Positions 9,748 through 19,523 are shown, numbered from the stretch's first letter. The stretch: 64,000 bases of DNA from an uncultured Phycisphaeraceae bacterium (GCA_964494205.1 CAZBRD010000020.1:1-64000); one strand, 5' to 3'. Translations and numbers: made by a program. Notes: generated from the letters alone by a model not told the origin.

Positions 9748-10200
9748 TCAGTCCTTTTCGCCAAATTCCTGGCCATAGGCAAACGTCATGAGCCGTGTTT
9801 CTTCGTTCTCATGATGCTCCACGTAGGAAAGCAACTGACCGATCCGATGGCAGCAGTCTCGCGCCAGCAAATGGTCATGATCCTGCAAATCTCCCAGCGT
9901 TTGATAGATCCCGTCCATGATTTTCATCAGCTCTTCGTGCTCATGGCCAAGTCTGTCCAACTCCTTAACCAATGCAGGAAGTTGCAGCGCGACATTTGCC
10001 ATGTACCCATCGACTTCTTCCAGTGCCATGTGTTTGGTCATGTGCGCCCGGAAGTGTTCGAACTTTGGAAAGACGGTTTCCACCCACGGCTTCAGGTTTA
10101 CCCGTGGAACGACAGCCGTCTCTTGCCGCAACTCATCAATGAGGCGCTCGACGATGTCGTGTTCTTTCTTGATCACCCGTGCCGTTTCCTGCTGAATCAT
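9748..10200 (-). CDS. hemerythrin-like metal-binding (HHE) domain protein
   Basis: 150 aa. Spaced H/E clusters (EHDIVERL, HFRAHMTKHMALEE, LGHEHEEL, VEHHENEE) fit a hemerythrin/HHE four-helix cation site. No other family recognised. Confidence 0.45.
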   Translation of the reverse strand: MIQQETARVIKKEHDIVERLIDELRQETAVVPRVNLKPWVETVFPKFEHFRAHMTKHMALEEVDGYMANVALQLPALVKELDRLGHEHEELMKIMDGIYQTLGDLQDHDHLLARDCCHRIGQLLSYVEHHENEETRLMTFAYGQEFGEKD

Positions 10201-10804
10201 ACTTCGACTCCTTCCGCGGCGGACGCTCCGCTCCGCCGCTCTCTGGTATAGCCGGTCTTCAGGGGCGATTTCGATACATCGTGAAATTCCCTTCTAATCT
10301 TAGGGAACGAGTTATTGAGATGCTAGAAACGCCGGAATTCAGCGATTTGTTAAGTCCGCGTGCCTAATCGAGTTGCCACCATCATCTGCGGATATCACAG
10401 GCCCGGAAAAACAGAACGATCACGATCGAAGTTTTTGGGCAGAGCTTATTGGAGGCGTACTCATGAGAAAAATGGTGAGCCCATTTCGATGTAGCCAAAT
10501 AGTCACTCTTAATGTTGCGAGGGATTCTGCGTGAAAAGAATTTTCTGGTGCAGGAAGCATGCAAGAATCCGCATTTTCAACGCACCAGCGGCATATACAC
10601 TCTGCACGACGCAAAAAAGTGCAAGTCCACGACCTCGATTTCGAGCCAAAAATCACGTTCGTGCAGAAGAATGAAACGATACGCAGCAGGAAACGCAGGC
10701 TTACGATAAGCTTTGTGCAATCGCATTCCAGCAACATAACATTACATGGGACGCAGCATCGGGTTGTCCGCACTGCACAAGACAGGAAAACAAAGGAGTT
10801 TCAA

Positions 10805-11200
10805 ATGGTCCGTTGGTCGCTTGCGGTAATTCGCACACGCTATTTCGTCGCGCTTGGGATCGCATCAATGAGTTTGATTCAAACAGCCTGCACGCCCGCA
10901 GCCACGCCCGGCGAAAACGAAGTGTTCATGCAGGGAATTGCATTCGATCCCGAAACGATCACGATCGAAGTAGGCGATACGGTTACTTGGACGAACAGGG
11001 ACCTCGTTGCACACACCGCAACATCCGGCAACCCCGACGACGATGATTTCGGCACAATCTTTCGCTCCGAACGGCTTTCGCGTGGAGAGACATTTTCGTT
11101 CACGTTTACCGAAGCCGGCGACTACGAATACTTCTGCGAACCGCACGCGAACACGATGTTCGGCGCGCACGTGATAGTAGTCGAGCCGGACGGCGGTTGA
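10805..11200 (+). CDS. cupredoxin (plastocyanin/azurin-like blue copper protein), lipoprotein-type signal
   Basis: Type-1 copper ligands: upstream His in VGDTVTWTNRDLVAHTA, then C-x2-H-x4-M in YEYFCEPHANTMFG. AAGGAG RBS 8 nt before the ATG at 10805. Signal plus Cys in LIQTACTPA. The ORF-track start at 10559 is an over-extension. Confidence 0.7.
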   Translation: MVRWSLAVIRTRYFVALGIASMSLIQTACTPAATPGENEVFMQGIAFDPETITIEVGDTVTWTNRDLVAHTATSGNPDDDDFGTIFRSERLSRGETFSFTFTEAGDYEYFCEPHANTMFGAHVIVVEPDGG

Positions 11201-11226
11201 TGAGGATTGACTGTGATGCATACCAT

Positions 11227-11258
11227 CCCCCCTTAGCAAGGGGGGACTGAGGGGGGTC
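11227..11258. repeat. CCCCCCTT-agc-AAGGGGGG palindromic element (REP-like / terminator hairpin)
   Basis: Perfect 8-bp stem and 3-nt loop 27 nt after the cupredoxin stop, followed by GGGGGG. Closely similar copies lie at 49128 and 7648. Confidence 0.5.
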
Positions 11259-11293
11259 TAAGCAGCGTACCTGGTCGCAAATCGGCTTGCATG

Positions 11294-12823
11294 TCACAAT
11301 CGCCGATCAAGTCGCCGATAGTGGATAGCCTCCATGACTTGTTCGGTCGTGATGTTGTCGGAATTCTCGATGTCGGCAATAGTGCGAGCAATTCGCAGAA
11401 CTTTGTCGTGCGCCCGTGCCGACAAGCCCAGCTCATTCATCGCTTGCAGCAGCGCCTGCTCACCGAGTTTATCGAGTTGACAATGTTCGCGCAGCGACTT
11501 GCCACTGATGCGGCTATTCGTCACGGTCGATTGATCGCCGAAGCGTTGCCGTTGTCTCTGCCGTGCTCGTTGCACTTGTTCGCGCATGGTGGACGACCCC
11601 GTCCCATCCTTGACGCTGCGAAGCTCCGTGAACGGCACGCCCGGCACTTCGATATGAATGTCGATTCGATCAATCAACGGCCCGCTGATCCTCGACAAAT
11701 ATCGCTCAATCTGAATAGGCGTGCATTTGCAACTGCGTCGGGAGTCAGTCAAGTAGCCGCAGGGGCAGGGGTTCATGGCCGCCATCAATAGGAATGATGC
11801 AGGAAATGTGATAGTCGAGTGCGAACGCGCAATCGTGACCACAGCGTCTTCAAGCGGTTGACGCAGTGACTCGAGAGCCGTCCGCGAAAACTCAGGAAAC
11901 TCATCGAGGAACAAGACGCCGTGATGTGCCAGAGAAACTTCTCCTGCTTGCGGAACCGTCCCTCCGCCGACAAGCGCGGGCGTGCTAGCCGAGTGGTGGG
12001 GTGTTCGCACCGGTCTCGTCGCCAGCAGCGACTGACCGGGTTTCAGTTCGCCGGAGACGGAATGTATCCGCGTTGTCTCCAGAGACTCAGCCATCGAGAG
12101 AGGCGGCAGTATGGTCGGCACTCGCTTGGCCAGCATCGTTTTTCCCGAACCCGGCGGGCCGATGAGCAACACATTATGAGCACCCGCACAAGCAATCGTC
12201 AGCGCTCGCTTCACGGCCTCCTGTCCGCGCACATCGGCGAAGTCGACGTCGTAATGCGAGGCCGCCGCAAACACAGATCCGAGATCAACTGTCGCTGGTT
12301 CGAGCTTCAACTTTCCGGCGAGGAAGCCCGTGGCCTGTGTCAGCGATTCAACGGGAATAACTTCAAGGTTTTGAACGACAGCGGCCTCGGAAGAGTTTTC
12401 CGCGGGCACGATGATCCCGCGAAACCCGCATTTCTGTGCCAGCAGCGCGGACGACAAAACACCACGGGTGGGCCGAACTCGCCCGTCGAGCGCGAGTTCT
12501 CCGGTAATCAGATAGGAGTCGGCACATTCTGAAACGATGTCGCCATTGGCCAACAGAATCGCGAGCGCGATGGGAAGGTCGAACGCATTGCCTTCCTTTC
12601 GCAAATCCGCCGGCGCCAGGTTGATGACCGTCTTGTATCGAGGAAACGAGTAGCCGGAGTTGTACAGCGAGCTCTTAACCCGCTCGACGCTCTCTTTCAC
12701 TGCGGCATCGGGGAGCCCGACAACGACGGTTCCTGAGAAGCCGCCCTTCGAGACGTCGACCTCGACTTCCACGAGCTGGGCTTCGATGCCAAAAAATGTC
12801 GCACACTGTAAACGCGAGACCAT
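11294..12823 (-). CDS. YifB/ComM family Mg-chelatase-like AAA+ ATPase
   Basis: 509 aa. N-terminal MVSRLQCATFFGIEAQLVEVEVD (YifB N domain). Walker A GPPGSGKT. C-terminal ChlI-like domain. Confidence 0.85.
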   Translation of the reverse strand: MVSRLQCATFFGIEAQLVEVEVDVSKGGFSGTVVVGLPDAAVKESVERVKSSLYNSGYSFPRYKTVINLAPADLRKEGNAFDLPIALAILLANGDIVSECADSYLITGELALDGRVRPTRGVLSSALLAQKCGFRGIIVPAENSSEAAVVQNLEVIPVESLTQATGFLAGKLKLEPATVDLGSVFAAASHYDVDFADVRGQEAVKRALTIACAGAHNVLLIGPPGSGKTMLAKRVPTILPPLSMAESLETTRIHSVSGELKPGQSLLATRPVRTPHHSASTPALVGGGTVPQAGEVSLAHHGVLFLDEFPEFSRTALESLRQPLEDAVVTIARSHSTITFPASFLLMAAMNPCPCGYLTDSRRSCKCTPIQIERYLSRISGPLIDRIDIHIEVPGVPFTELRSVKDGTGSSTMREQVQRARQRQRQRFGDQSTVTNSRISGKSLREHCQLDKLGEQALLQAMNELGLSARAHDKVLRIARTIADIENSDNITTEQVMEAIHYRRLDRRL

Positions 12824-12915
12824 GGACCGGGATTGTAGCGGAACTCATACGCCTATGTGAATCATAGAATTCAAAGATCACAAACGGCATCAAGACACGC
12901 CTGAAGTGTGGCCAT

Positions 12916-13659
12916 GTGAGATCTACCAGCTACGAACTGGCGAAAGTTCGGGGTATTATTAAGGGCTCAATGCAAAACGAACTTTCGACAGGCACTCGTA
13001 CAAACGAACCTGCAAGCAACGAGCGGACACCGTGTCCTCTTTGTGGCAGCAGTAATCATTCACTTGTCCATCGCGATACGACTCGACATTACTATCAATG
13101 CTTGGAATGCAGCCTTATCTTTGTGCCGCCGAATGAACGTCTCGACGCGTCTCAAGAAAAAGCTCGCTATGACTTTCATCAAAACGATCCTGACGATTCG
13201 CGCTATCGAAAGTTTCTGTTTCCTTTGGCTGAATCAGTGATCAAGCATACGACAGTTGGCGCACTCGGACTCGATTTTGGCTGCGGACCTGGACCTGCCT
13301 TGGCGGCCATGCTCCGTGAGTCTGGTCGCGCGGTTGAATTGTACGACCCGTATTACCAACCCAACGAGCACGCCTGGTCCCAAACGTATGATTTCATTAC
13401 CGCGTCAGAGGTTTTCGAACACTTATTTAACCCGCGAAAAGAACTCGACCGACTATTCGCGGCCTTGCGCCCCGGCGGCATCTTGGCTGTCATGACGCGC
13501 TTCGCGCCCGCGATAGCCGAATTTCCATCCTGGTACTACATTCGCGATGATACGCACGTTTGCTTCTACAACCGCGATGTATTCAACTTCATCGCAGGCC
13601 GATGGCAAGCGACCATATCGTTTCCTATGGATAATATTGCTATCTTCGTACGCCGCTAA
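12916..13659 (+). CDS. class I SAM-dependent methyltransferase with N-terminal zinc ribbon
   Basis: CPLCGSS...CLECS CxxC pair. Motif I LDFGCGPG. Motif post-I ELYD. Confidence 0.6.
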   Translation: MRSTSYELAKVRGIIKGSMQNELSTGTRTNEPASNERTPCPLCGSSNHSLVHRDTTRHYYQCLECSLIFVPPNERLDASQEKARYDFHQNDPDDSRYRKFLFPLAESVIKHTTVGALGLDFGCGPGPALAAMLRESGRAVELYDPYYQPNEHAWSQTYDFITASEVFEHLFNPRKELDRLFAALRPGGILAVMTRFAPAIAEFPSWYYIRDDTHVCFYNRDVFNFIAGRWQATISFPMDNIAIFVRR

Positions 13660-13751
13660 CTGTCGGATTGAAGTCGTGAACAGAGTGTCGTCACATTAGG
13701 CGACACTGCTTTTAACAATTTCGCCTGATCTCGCCCAATGGAGCGCCGACA

Positions 13752-15371
13752 TCATGTAGCCGCGCGATGCTTCCCGAAATGACTCGCGAATGGAATGTCC
13801 GAAAGAGCAATTTGTTTGTTCTTTTGCTCGAAATGCCGCGCATCCCAAATCGTTGAAAAAAGCAATACCTTTTGTTCCTCCGAATCGGTCGCGAAGACAG
13901 TTCCACCGAACAAGAGCAGTTTTTCAAGTTCTTCAGCAGGAACCTGCGGGTCCACCCAGCGCATGACTTCCCAGGGCGCCGACTGCAATCGTGATTCCGC
14001 GCCATACTCGGTTTCTAAACGGTATCGAACAACGTCGAACTGCAACGGACCGACGGCGGCAAGTAACGGTACGGTACGTGCCGGTCCCTCAACTTGAAGC
14101 GACTGGATGACACCTTCCTGCAGCAACTGATCGAGGCCGGCACGAAAACGCTTCAATTGAGAAGTGGTCGCGTAATGCAGATAGGCAAAACACTCGGGCG
14201 CGAATCGGGGAATTTCGTCGAATACGATGTTCGGATTCTCGGAGAGCGTGTCGCCGATTCGGAAATCCGAATGGCCCACTAGTCCAATCACGTCGCCCGC
14301 ATAGGCTTGGTCAACGGTCTCTCGTTCGCGGGCGAAGAGTTTGTGGGAACTGGACAAACGCACCGTCCGTCCCAGGCGAACATGGCGAACGCTCATGTCG
14401 CGCTGAAATTTCCCTGAGCAAATGCGGATGAACGCAATTCGATCGCGGTGTTTGGGGTCCATGTTCGCCTGAATCTTGAAAACAAAGCCTGAAAATTCCT
14501 CCCGATCGGGTTCAACGAGCACATCTCCTGCGAAACGAGCACGCGGCGGCGAGGAATGCTCGAGAAACGAATCGAGCAGCAACTGCACACCAAAGTTGTT
14601 GCTGGCGCTGCCGAAGTAGACCGGCGTCAACTCGCCTGCAAGAATGGCCTTCTCGTCGAAACCTGCGGCAGCTGCGTCAAGAATTCCCAATTCACCAACT
14701 GCTGCCTGGTAAACGTCGTCACCAACTTCATCGCGTACGGATTTGTCGCTGAGGGAAGATACTGTGACTGGTGCCCGATACGAACCTCCGGGAACCTTCT
14801 CAAAAAGGTGAACCTGTCGTGCCTGCCGATCGAACACGCCGCGAAAGGCAGCACCAGTTCCAAACGGCCAGTTGGCTGCATAAGCATGAATGCCGAGCAC
14901 ATTCTCGAGTTCATCGAGTAGTTCAAACGGATCCTTGGTTGGCCGGTCAAGCTTGTTCATGAACGTAAAGATCGGTACACCGCGACGCCGACAAACTTCG
15001 AACAACTTCCGAGTCTGAGCTTCAATACCCTTAGCGGCGTCAATCACCATCACCACGGCGTCCACTGCGGTGAGTACCCGGTAAGTATCTTCCGAAAAGT
15101 CCTTGTGGCCCGGTGTATCGAGCAAGTTGATTGCGTAACCCCGGTACTCAAATTGCAGCACCGTTGAGCTGATAGAGATGCCGCGCTTGCGCTCCAGCTC
15201 CATCCAGTCAGAAGTGGTCGCACGCTGGTTTTTTCGCGATGGGATCGAACCGGCCAGATTGACCGCGCCGCCGTACAGCAAGAACTTCTCTGTCAGCGTC
15301 GTCTTTCCGGCGTCCGGGTGAGAGATGATCGCAAACGTCCGACGCCGAGAGATTTCCTTGCCTAGACTCAT
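13752..15371 (-). CDS. prfC: peptide chain release factor 3
   Basis: 539 aa. RTFAIISHPDAGKTTLTEKFLL G1 motif, DTPGHKDF, NKLDR. Overall RF3 architecture. Confidence 0.9.
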   Translation of the reverse strand: MSLGKEISRRRTFAIISHPDAGKTTLTEKFLLYGGAVNLAGSIPSRKNQRATTSDWMELERKRGISISSTVLQFEYRGYAINLLDTPGHKDFSEDTYRVLTAVDAVVMVIDAAKGIEAQTRKLFEVCRRRGVPIFTFMNKLDRPTKDPFELLDELENVLGIHAYAANWPFGTGAAFRGVFDRQARQVHLFEKVPGGSYRAPVTVSSLSDKSVRDEVGDDVYQAAVGELGILDAAAAGFDEKAILAGELTPVYFGSASNNFGVQLLLDSFLEHSSPPRARFAGDVLVEPDREEFSGFVFKIQANMDPKHRDRIAFIRICSGKFQRDMSVRHVRLGRTVRLSSSHKLFARERETVDQAYAGDVIGLVGHSDFRIGDTLSENPNIVFDEIPRFAPECFAYLHYATTSQLKRFRAGLDQLLQEGVIQSLQVEGPARTVPLLAAVGPLQFDVVRYRLETEYGAESRLQSAPWEVMRWVDPQVPAEELEKLLLFGGTVFATDSEEQKVLLFSTIWDARHFEQKNKQIALSDIPFASHFGKHRAAT

Positions 15372-15531
15372 GTTAATTCCAGCTAACTTTTCTCACTTCA
15401 AACACACGAATGCCTGAAGAATAGTGTTTTCAATCGGATTATGCACCCCTGACATGTGCTCATGGCAGACTACGGCATAGTCTGCACAACACCACTGGTG
15501 GTTTTCTGCTTGTATCGCTTGTAGGGTTGCC

Positions 15532-16023
15532 TCAATACGACAAGCCATTCTTCCGCAAATGAACGTAGGGCTTCGCACCCTCTTTGGCGGCTGCCTTCAT
15601 TACCTGTCCAACCACCAGCGTGTGATCGGCGCAATCAATTCGATTGACCACTTTGCAGCCGAGATGAGCGACGCACGCAGAAAGCTGTGGCCCGAATTCG
15701 GTGGGTGCGATTTCCAGTCCCGAAAAGGCCTCGTCCTCCGGCCCGAACCCACGCCCGAAGTGCTTGAACATGGCAGCCGGTTCGTCGCTGATGACGTTCA
15801 ACAGGAACCGCCCCGCGCCCTCGATCATGTCAATGACGTGTCGCCCGGACTTCACGCAGACGGTCATGAGCGGCGGATCGAAGGCGGCTTGTTGAATCCA
15901 GGAAAGTAGTATCCCCGTGGACTTGCCGGCGTGCTCGACCGTCAGGATGGAACAGCCGCTGGGAACCCTGCCAATCGCCGCGCCGATGGCTGCTGGTTCC
16001 GCACTCAAATTGCAATCCGCCAT
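15532..16023 (-). CDS. flavin reductase-like FMN-binding domain protein
   Basis: Core SGCSILTVEHAGKSTGILLSWIQQAAFDPPLMTVCV and C-terminal DHTLVVGQV...PYVHLRKNG fit the flavin reductase (HpaC/RutF-like) domain. GAGGG RBS 8 nt before the ATG at 16023; the ORF-track start at 16122 is probably too long. Confidence 0.55.
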   Translation of the reverse strand: MADCNLSAEPAAIGAAIGRVPSGCSILTVEHAGKSTGILLSWIQQAAFDPPLMTVCVKSGRHVIDMIEGAGRFLLNVISDEPAAMFKHFGRGFGPEDEAFSGLEIAPTEFGPQLSACVAHLGCKVVNRIDCADHTLVVGQVMKAAAKEGAKPYVHLRKNGLSY

Positions 16024-16169
16024 GTCGAAAACCCTCATGTTATTGCATAACTTGTTGCCGTTTTGTCGATATGCTACCATGCGGCGGGTTCGGGTTGGAG
16101 CATCTCTTTCTCCAATCTTCAATTTGATAGGCGGTACATCCGCGAAGGATCATACGCGAGGAGTGCGCG

Positions 16170-16595
16170 GTGAGTAAGGAAAAAAGAGTCACGGTTCGGG
16201 CCTCGGCGGACGAGCAGATTTCGGCTTTCCTCGCCAACAAACCAGGTGTATTGGCCGACTTGTGTTCCGCACTTACCGAGCAACGGGTCAACATCCGCGC
16301 GATGTCCGTTCTGGACACGGTTGACATTGGTACCTTCCGCATGTTGGTCGACAATGTGACCATCGCGAAGGAAGCGCTTCGCGAAGCGGGTGCGGCCTAC
16401 GTCGTCACGCCCGTTATCACCATTCAGATTCCGAACAAGCCGGGGGCCTTCGCTCGCATAGCACGGGCGTTGGGCAACGCGGGAATCAATATCGATTACG
16501 TTTACGCCACGGCCCAACAGGGCACCGATCATTCGCTGGGCGTGTTCCGCGTTTCTGATCCGAAAGCGGCGCTGGAAATCCAGTTCGAGTTGTAA
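16170..16595 (+). CDS. ACT-domain pair protein
   Basis: 141 aa. Two ACT-like beta-alpha-beta-beta-alpha-beta units (ISAFLANKPGVLADLCSALTEQRVNIRAM; IQIPNKPGAFARIARALGNAGINIDY). Confidence 0.6.
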   Translation: MSKEKRVTVRASADEQISAFLANKPGVLADLCSALTEQRVNIRAMSVLDTVDIGTFRMLVDNVTIAKEALREAGAAYVVTPVITIQIPNKPGAFARIARALGNAGINIDYVYATAQQGTDHSLGVFRVSDPKAALEIQFEL

Positions 16596-16630
16596 CCTCG
16601 CGCTTCTTCTGCCTTCAATACTCTCCAACA

Positions 16631-17413
16631 TCATCGATTCGGTGCATAAACATCGAAGCGTGCGAGTTTGCTTCTTATCACATGGTGAACATCGGGGGCG
16701 AGCGGCGGTGAATGTCGTTGCCGCTTCACGACTACGCGCAGGCGAGCAATTTTTCTTGAGGCCTGTAGTAATTCACTTGCATCTGCATCGTCACCAACGA
16801 TTCGACGGCAAATATCCAGTTCTTTCTTGACTGCGACTTTTCGCCGACGGGCAGGATACATGGGGTCTAGATACACGACGTCGGGCCAATCGCGTTCCAT
16901 CAAATCTGCCAAGTAAGTTCGCGAGTCGCCATGCAGAACATTGACTCGCTCTGCGGCCTCACGAATGATGACCGAGCTTGATTTCCTCGCCCGCTGTAAC
17001 CCATCTTGCAGCAAATAGGCCATGATCGCAGATCGCTCCAACGCTCGGACTTCGCATCCGTGTATAGCAAGTACAAATGAATCGGCCCCGAAACCCGCGG
17101 TCGCATCGATAACGGTGGGGCGTTCGCGATGTGGATCGACCGCACGAAGTAGCGGATCGGTACTAGATGAATGGGCTCCTAATCGGCGTTTCGTCTCCGC
17201 GTCCGTGAAATTAACGAAGATGGGCGAGGATCGCGGATTCGTGCAATCTCTCAGTTCGATTCGCGAGTCGCTGACGGCGATAACCAGCTCAGCTGAAACG
17301 TCGGTTTCAACTGAGGCCTCGACTAATGGGCACGCCAGTTCCTTTGAAATCGATTCAGCCAGATTTCGACGCTCCAGAGACGATGAATCCAGAACAACCG
17401 CAACTCGATTCAT
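16631..17413 (-). CDS. rsmJ: 16S rRNA (guanine1516-N2)-methyltransferase RsmJ-like
   Basis: VIDATAGFGADSFVLAIHGCEVRALERSAIMAYLLQDGL matches VVDATAGLGRDAFVLAS.GC.V.MLERNPV.AALL.DGL of E. coli RsmJ. VVYLDPMYP...VKKEL and VVVKRQRHSPPLA...ARFDVYAP match the RsmJ C-terminal half. Confidence 0.75.
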   Translation of the reverse strand: MNRVAVVLDSSSLERRNLAESISKELACPLVEASVETDVSAELVIAVSDSRIELRDCTNPRSSPIFVNFTDAETKRRLGAHSSSTDPLLRAVDPHRERPTVIDATAGFGADSFVLAIHGCEVRALERSAIMAYLLQDGLQRARKSSSVIIREAAERVNVLHGDSRTYLADLMERDWPDVVYLDPMYPARRRKVAVKKELDICRRIVGDDADASELLQASRKIARLRVVVKRQRHSPPLAPDVHHVIRSKLARFDVYAPNR

Positions 17414-18048
17414 GGCTGCGGCTTTTCGTTTGTGATGAGGAGCTTCGTGTCGTCGCCGCGAAATGAAACGAGGATCCAGATGAAAAGGGGCGCAACATAA
17501 GCAGTCGCCGGCACGGTCGTAAGAATGTCGACAAGGACCGTCATCAACTTTGAACCGACGGGTCCGAATTTGAACAGTCCGTGGCGAGCATCGCTATGAA
17601 AAATCCCTAACAGTGCGACGATGAATCGAATCATGATGAATGCATGGATGAGAATCAATCCAACTAGCAGTGACCATAATCGTCGAGGCCAAGCCGTCGG
17701 AGTTACGAGGATGAGAGCCATAAGCACCACCGTCGGCATGTAACCAAGGTGTCGACTGCTGGTGCGCACCTTGTATACGTCGTCGATGCTCTGCAGATGT
17801 TCCTTGTTGGCAGCCTGAATTTGCACGTCGTGGTCGGGATCGTTTTCGAGTGGCGCATGTTTCACCTGCACAATCGCGCGCGTGCCGAACATCGGACCGT
17901 TGCCCCACATCTGGTAACTCGCGAAATTGGCGCAGGCGGAAAAGACACGTCCGTAGAGTTGCTCCAGTCCGGGCCAGCGGATCATAAAAACAGCGTACAG
18001 CGCAACAAGTAACACAAGAAATTTGATGATCGGTTTACGCGCTGACAT
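17410..18048 (-). CDS. hypothetical polytopic membrane protein
   Basis: 212 aa, at least 4 predicted TM helices. No motif recognised. Start overlaps the stop of the upstream membrane ORF by 14 nt, and its stop overlaps the rsmJ start by 4 nt, suggesting an operon. Confidence 0.4.
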   Translation of the reverse strand: MSARKPIIKFLVLLVALYAVFMIRWPGLEQLYGRVFSACANFASYQMWGNGPMFGTRAIVQVKHAPLENDPDHDVQIQAANKEHLQSIDDVYKVRTSSRHLGYMPTVVLMALILVTPTAWPRRLWSLLVGLILIHAFIMIRFIVALLGIFHSDARHGLFKFGPVGSKLMTVLVDILTTVPATAYVAPLFIWILVSFRGDDTKLLITNEKPQP

Positions 18049-18652
18049 GAGGACTCAGGACTGTTTGATTGCTTCTCGGTTTCGTGGCCCAGAGTGCCCA
18101 CAGAATCCAGAAGGAAAGCGAGAAGAAAATAAACGCGGGTTGCCAGACGTCGACGTGCATCGTGTGAAACCAATCGGGCCAATGCGCTCGAACGAGATAA
18201 AGCGAAATGATCCGAACCAGATTCAACGAGACAAGAATGGATGTTCCCAACAGAATGCCCGGCCATTTCAATCGTAGAGCCACCGGAAAAGCAAGAATAG
18301 CAGTTACGAAAAGACCCGCAGGCAGGATGGCATCGCACCCATGCCTGATTTGCACGCTCGCGTTGGTGGTCACTGATTGCAGGATATCGCCGGTGGCGCG
18401 GGCATCGTCACCGAATAATCGAAGCACAAGGGCGGAGGCAGAGGCGTTAACATTGAGATACCACTGGAAGAGTCGCGTGTCGGTTAGCACGCCGTAAAAG
18501 AAGACGGAAAACAATCCCATCAGCAGGGCAAAGCCAATCGCAAATCTAAAGATTGGTCCCTTACTCGATGCGAAAGATTTGGCGGAGGCGGTTTGCGCAG
18601 TTCGGCTGTTTGGCTTCTCTTGTTTGTTTGCTTCTGTTATGCGTCGCCCCAT
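18035..18652 (-). CDS. short exosortase/archaeosortase-family-like membrane protein (tentative)
   Basis: 205 aa. IRHGCDAILP (compare exosortase active-site block v.eACSGlrsl), then about 35 aa later SLNLVRIISL (compare the exosortase aNvlRi block). 5-6 TM helices. Recalled HMM consensus only; no alignment run. Confidence 0.35.
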   Translation of the reverse strand: MGRRITEANKQEKPNSRTAQTASAKSFASSKGPIFRFAIGFALLMGLFSVFFYGVLTDTRLFQWYLNVNASASALVLRLFGDDARATGDILQSVTTNASVQIRHGCDAILPAGLFVTAILAFPVALRLKWPGILLGTSILVSLNLVRIISLYLVRAHWPDWFHTMHVDVWQPAFIFFSLSFWILWALWATKPRSNQTVLSPHVSA

Positions 18653-18770
18653 GAAACTCCTATGAGTTCATGTTACAGCTCGGCGAATTTGCGGCAAGAA
18701 GTGACAATTATCGACGCGCATAGGCGATTGATAGCTTATTCACGCGAAATTCGTGATATATAAACGCTGG

Positions 18771-19523
18771 TCAGGATCGGCTCGCAATAGCGGCGGCCAG
18801 CGGATTCACAAAATGGGGCACGATCTTCTGTGCAGCCAAATCGTCCGCCACGTCGAAGAGATTGCCGAGTGCCGCGTCGATGGATGTATCCCCTTCCAGC
18901 CCCCAATATTTGCGCGTGGTCAACAACACGCCGATCGGCTCGGTCTCGTAAGCTCCGCTTCGAACCGCGTAGGTGGCAGTTCGAGATTTGACCTCGACAT
19001 ACGCCTGTAAGTCGCACTCCGGCGACAGCGCGATTCCGAAATACGGTTGAGCGTCAATCACGTGCGTGGCTTGGTCACTGAAGAGGAAACCGGCGGCGGC
19101 GTGTTCGCCGAGTAGCGTCTCAGCCACAAGCTGGTCGTGATTGCCGCGATAGTGCAGATCGAAGCCGTAGACCAATTCGAGATGGTCGAATTCGATGTCG
19201 CTGAACGTCAGGTGGTACGGTGCCTGCGTCAGAATCAGATCGCCGAATTTCTTGACCTCCTCGGTGGACGACGGACCAATGTGGCCGAAACGGAGGCTCA
19301 TCGGATCAATGCGAAGCCACCTTCGCGAGCCTTCCTCGTTTGGGTCCTCTTCGAGAAGGATCGCACCGTTTTCTCGCCGACGAAGCTTGCGAAGGCGAGG
19401 ATACTCCTTGCGAATGCGATCGAAAAAGTGTAAGACCGTCTCGCGCTCAAGCGTCATGTCGAGTTTGAGGTACAGACGACTGTTGATATAGAATTCGTCG
19501 CAGTGAGCGCCGAGGCTGTTCAT
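18771..19523 (-). CDS. hypothetical protein (250 aa), no recognised domain
   Basis: Good coding-like composition and length. No motif recognised from the translation. Confidence 0.4.
   Translation of the reverse strand: MNSLGAHCDEFYINSRLYLKLDMTLERETVLHFFDRIRKEYPRLRKLRRRENGAILLEEDPNEEGSRRWLRIDPMSLRFGHIGPSSTEEVKKFGDLILTQAPYHLTFSDIEFDHLELVYGFDLHYRGNHDQLVAETLLGEHAAAGFLFSDQATHVIDAQPYFGIALSPECDLQAYVEVKSRTATYAVRSGAYETEPIGVLLTTRKYWGLEGDTSIDAALGNLFDVADDLAAQKIVPHFVNPLAAAIASRS

Noticed and set aside
10420-10773. Cys-rich 117-aa minus-strand ORF in the long hemerythrin-cupredoxin intergenic region
   Set aside because: No RBS, AT-rich codon usage, Cys/Arg/Phe-rich low-complexity translation, overlapped by other equally weak ORFs. 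The region is treated as non-coding in the findings.
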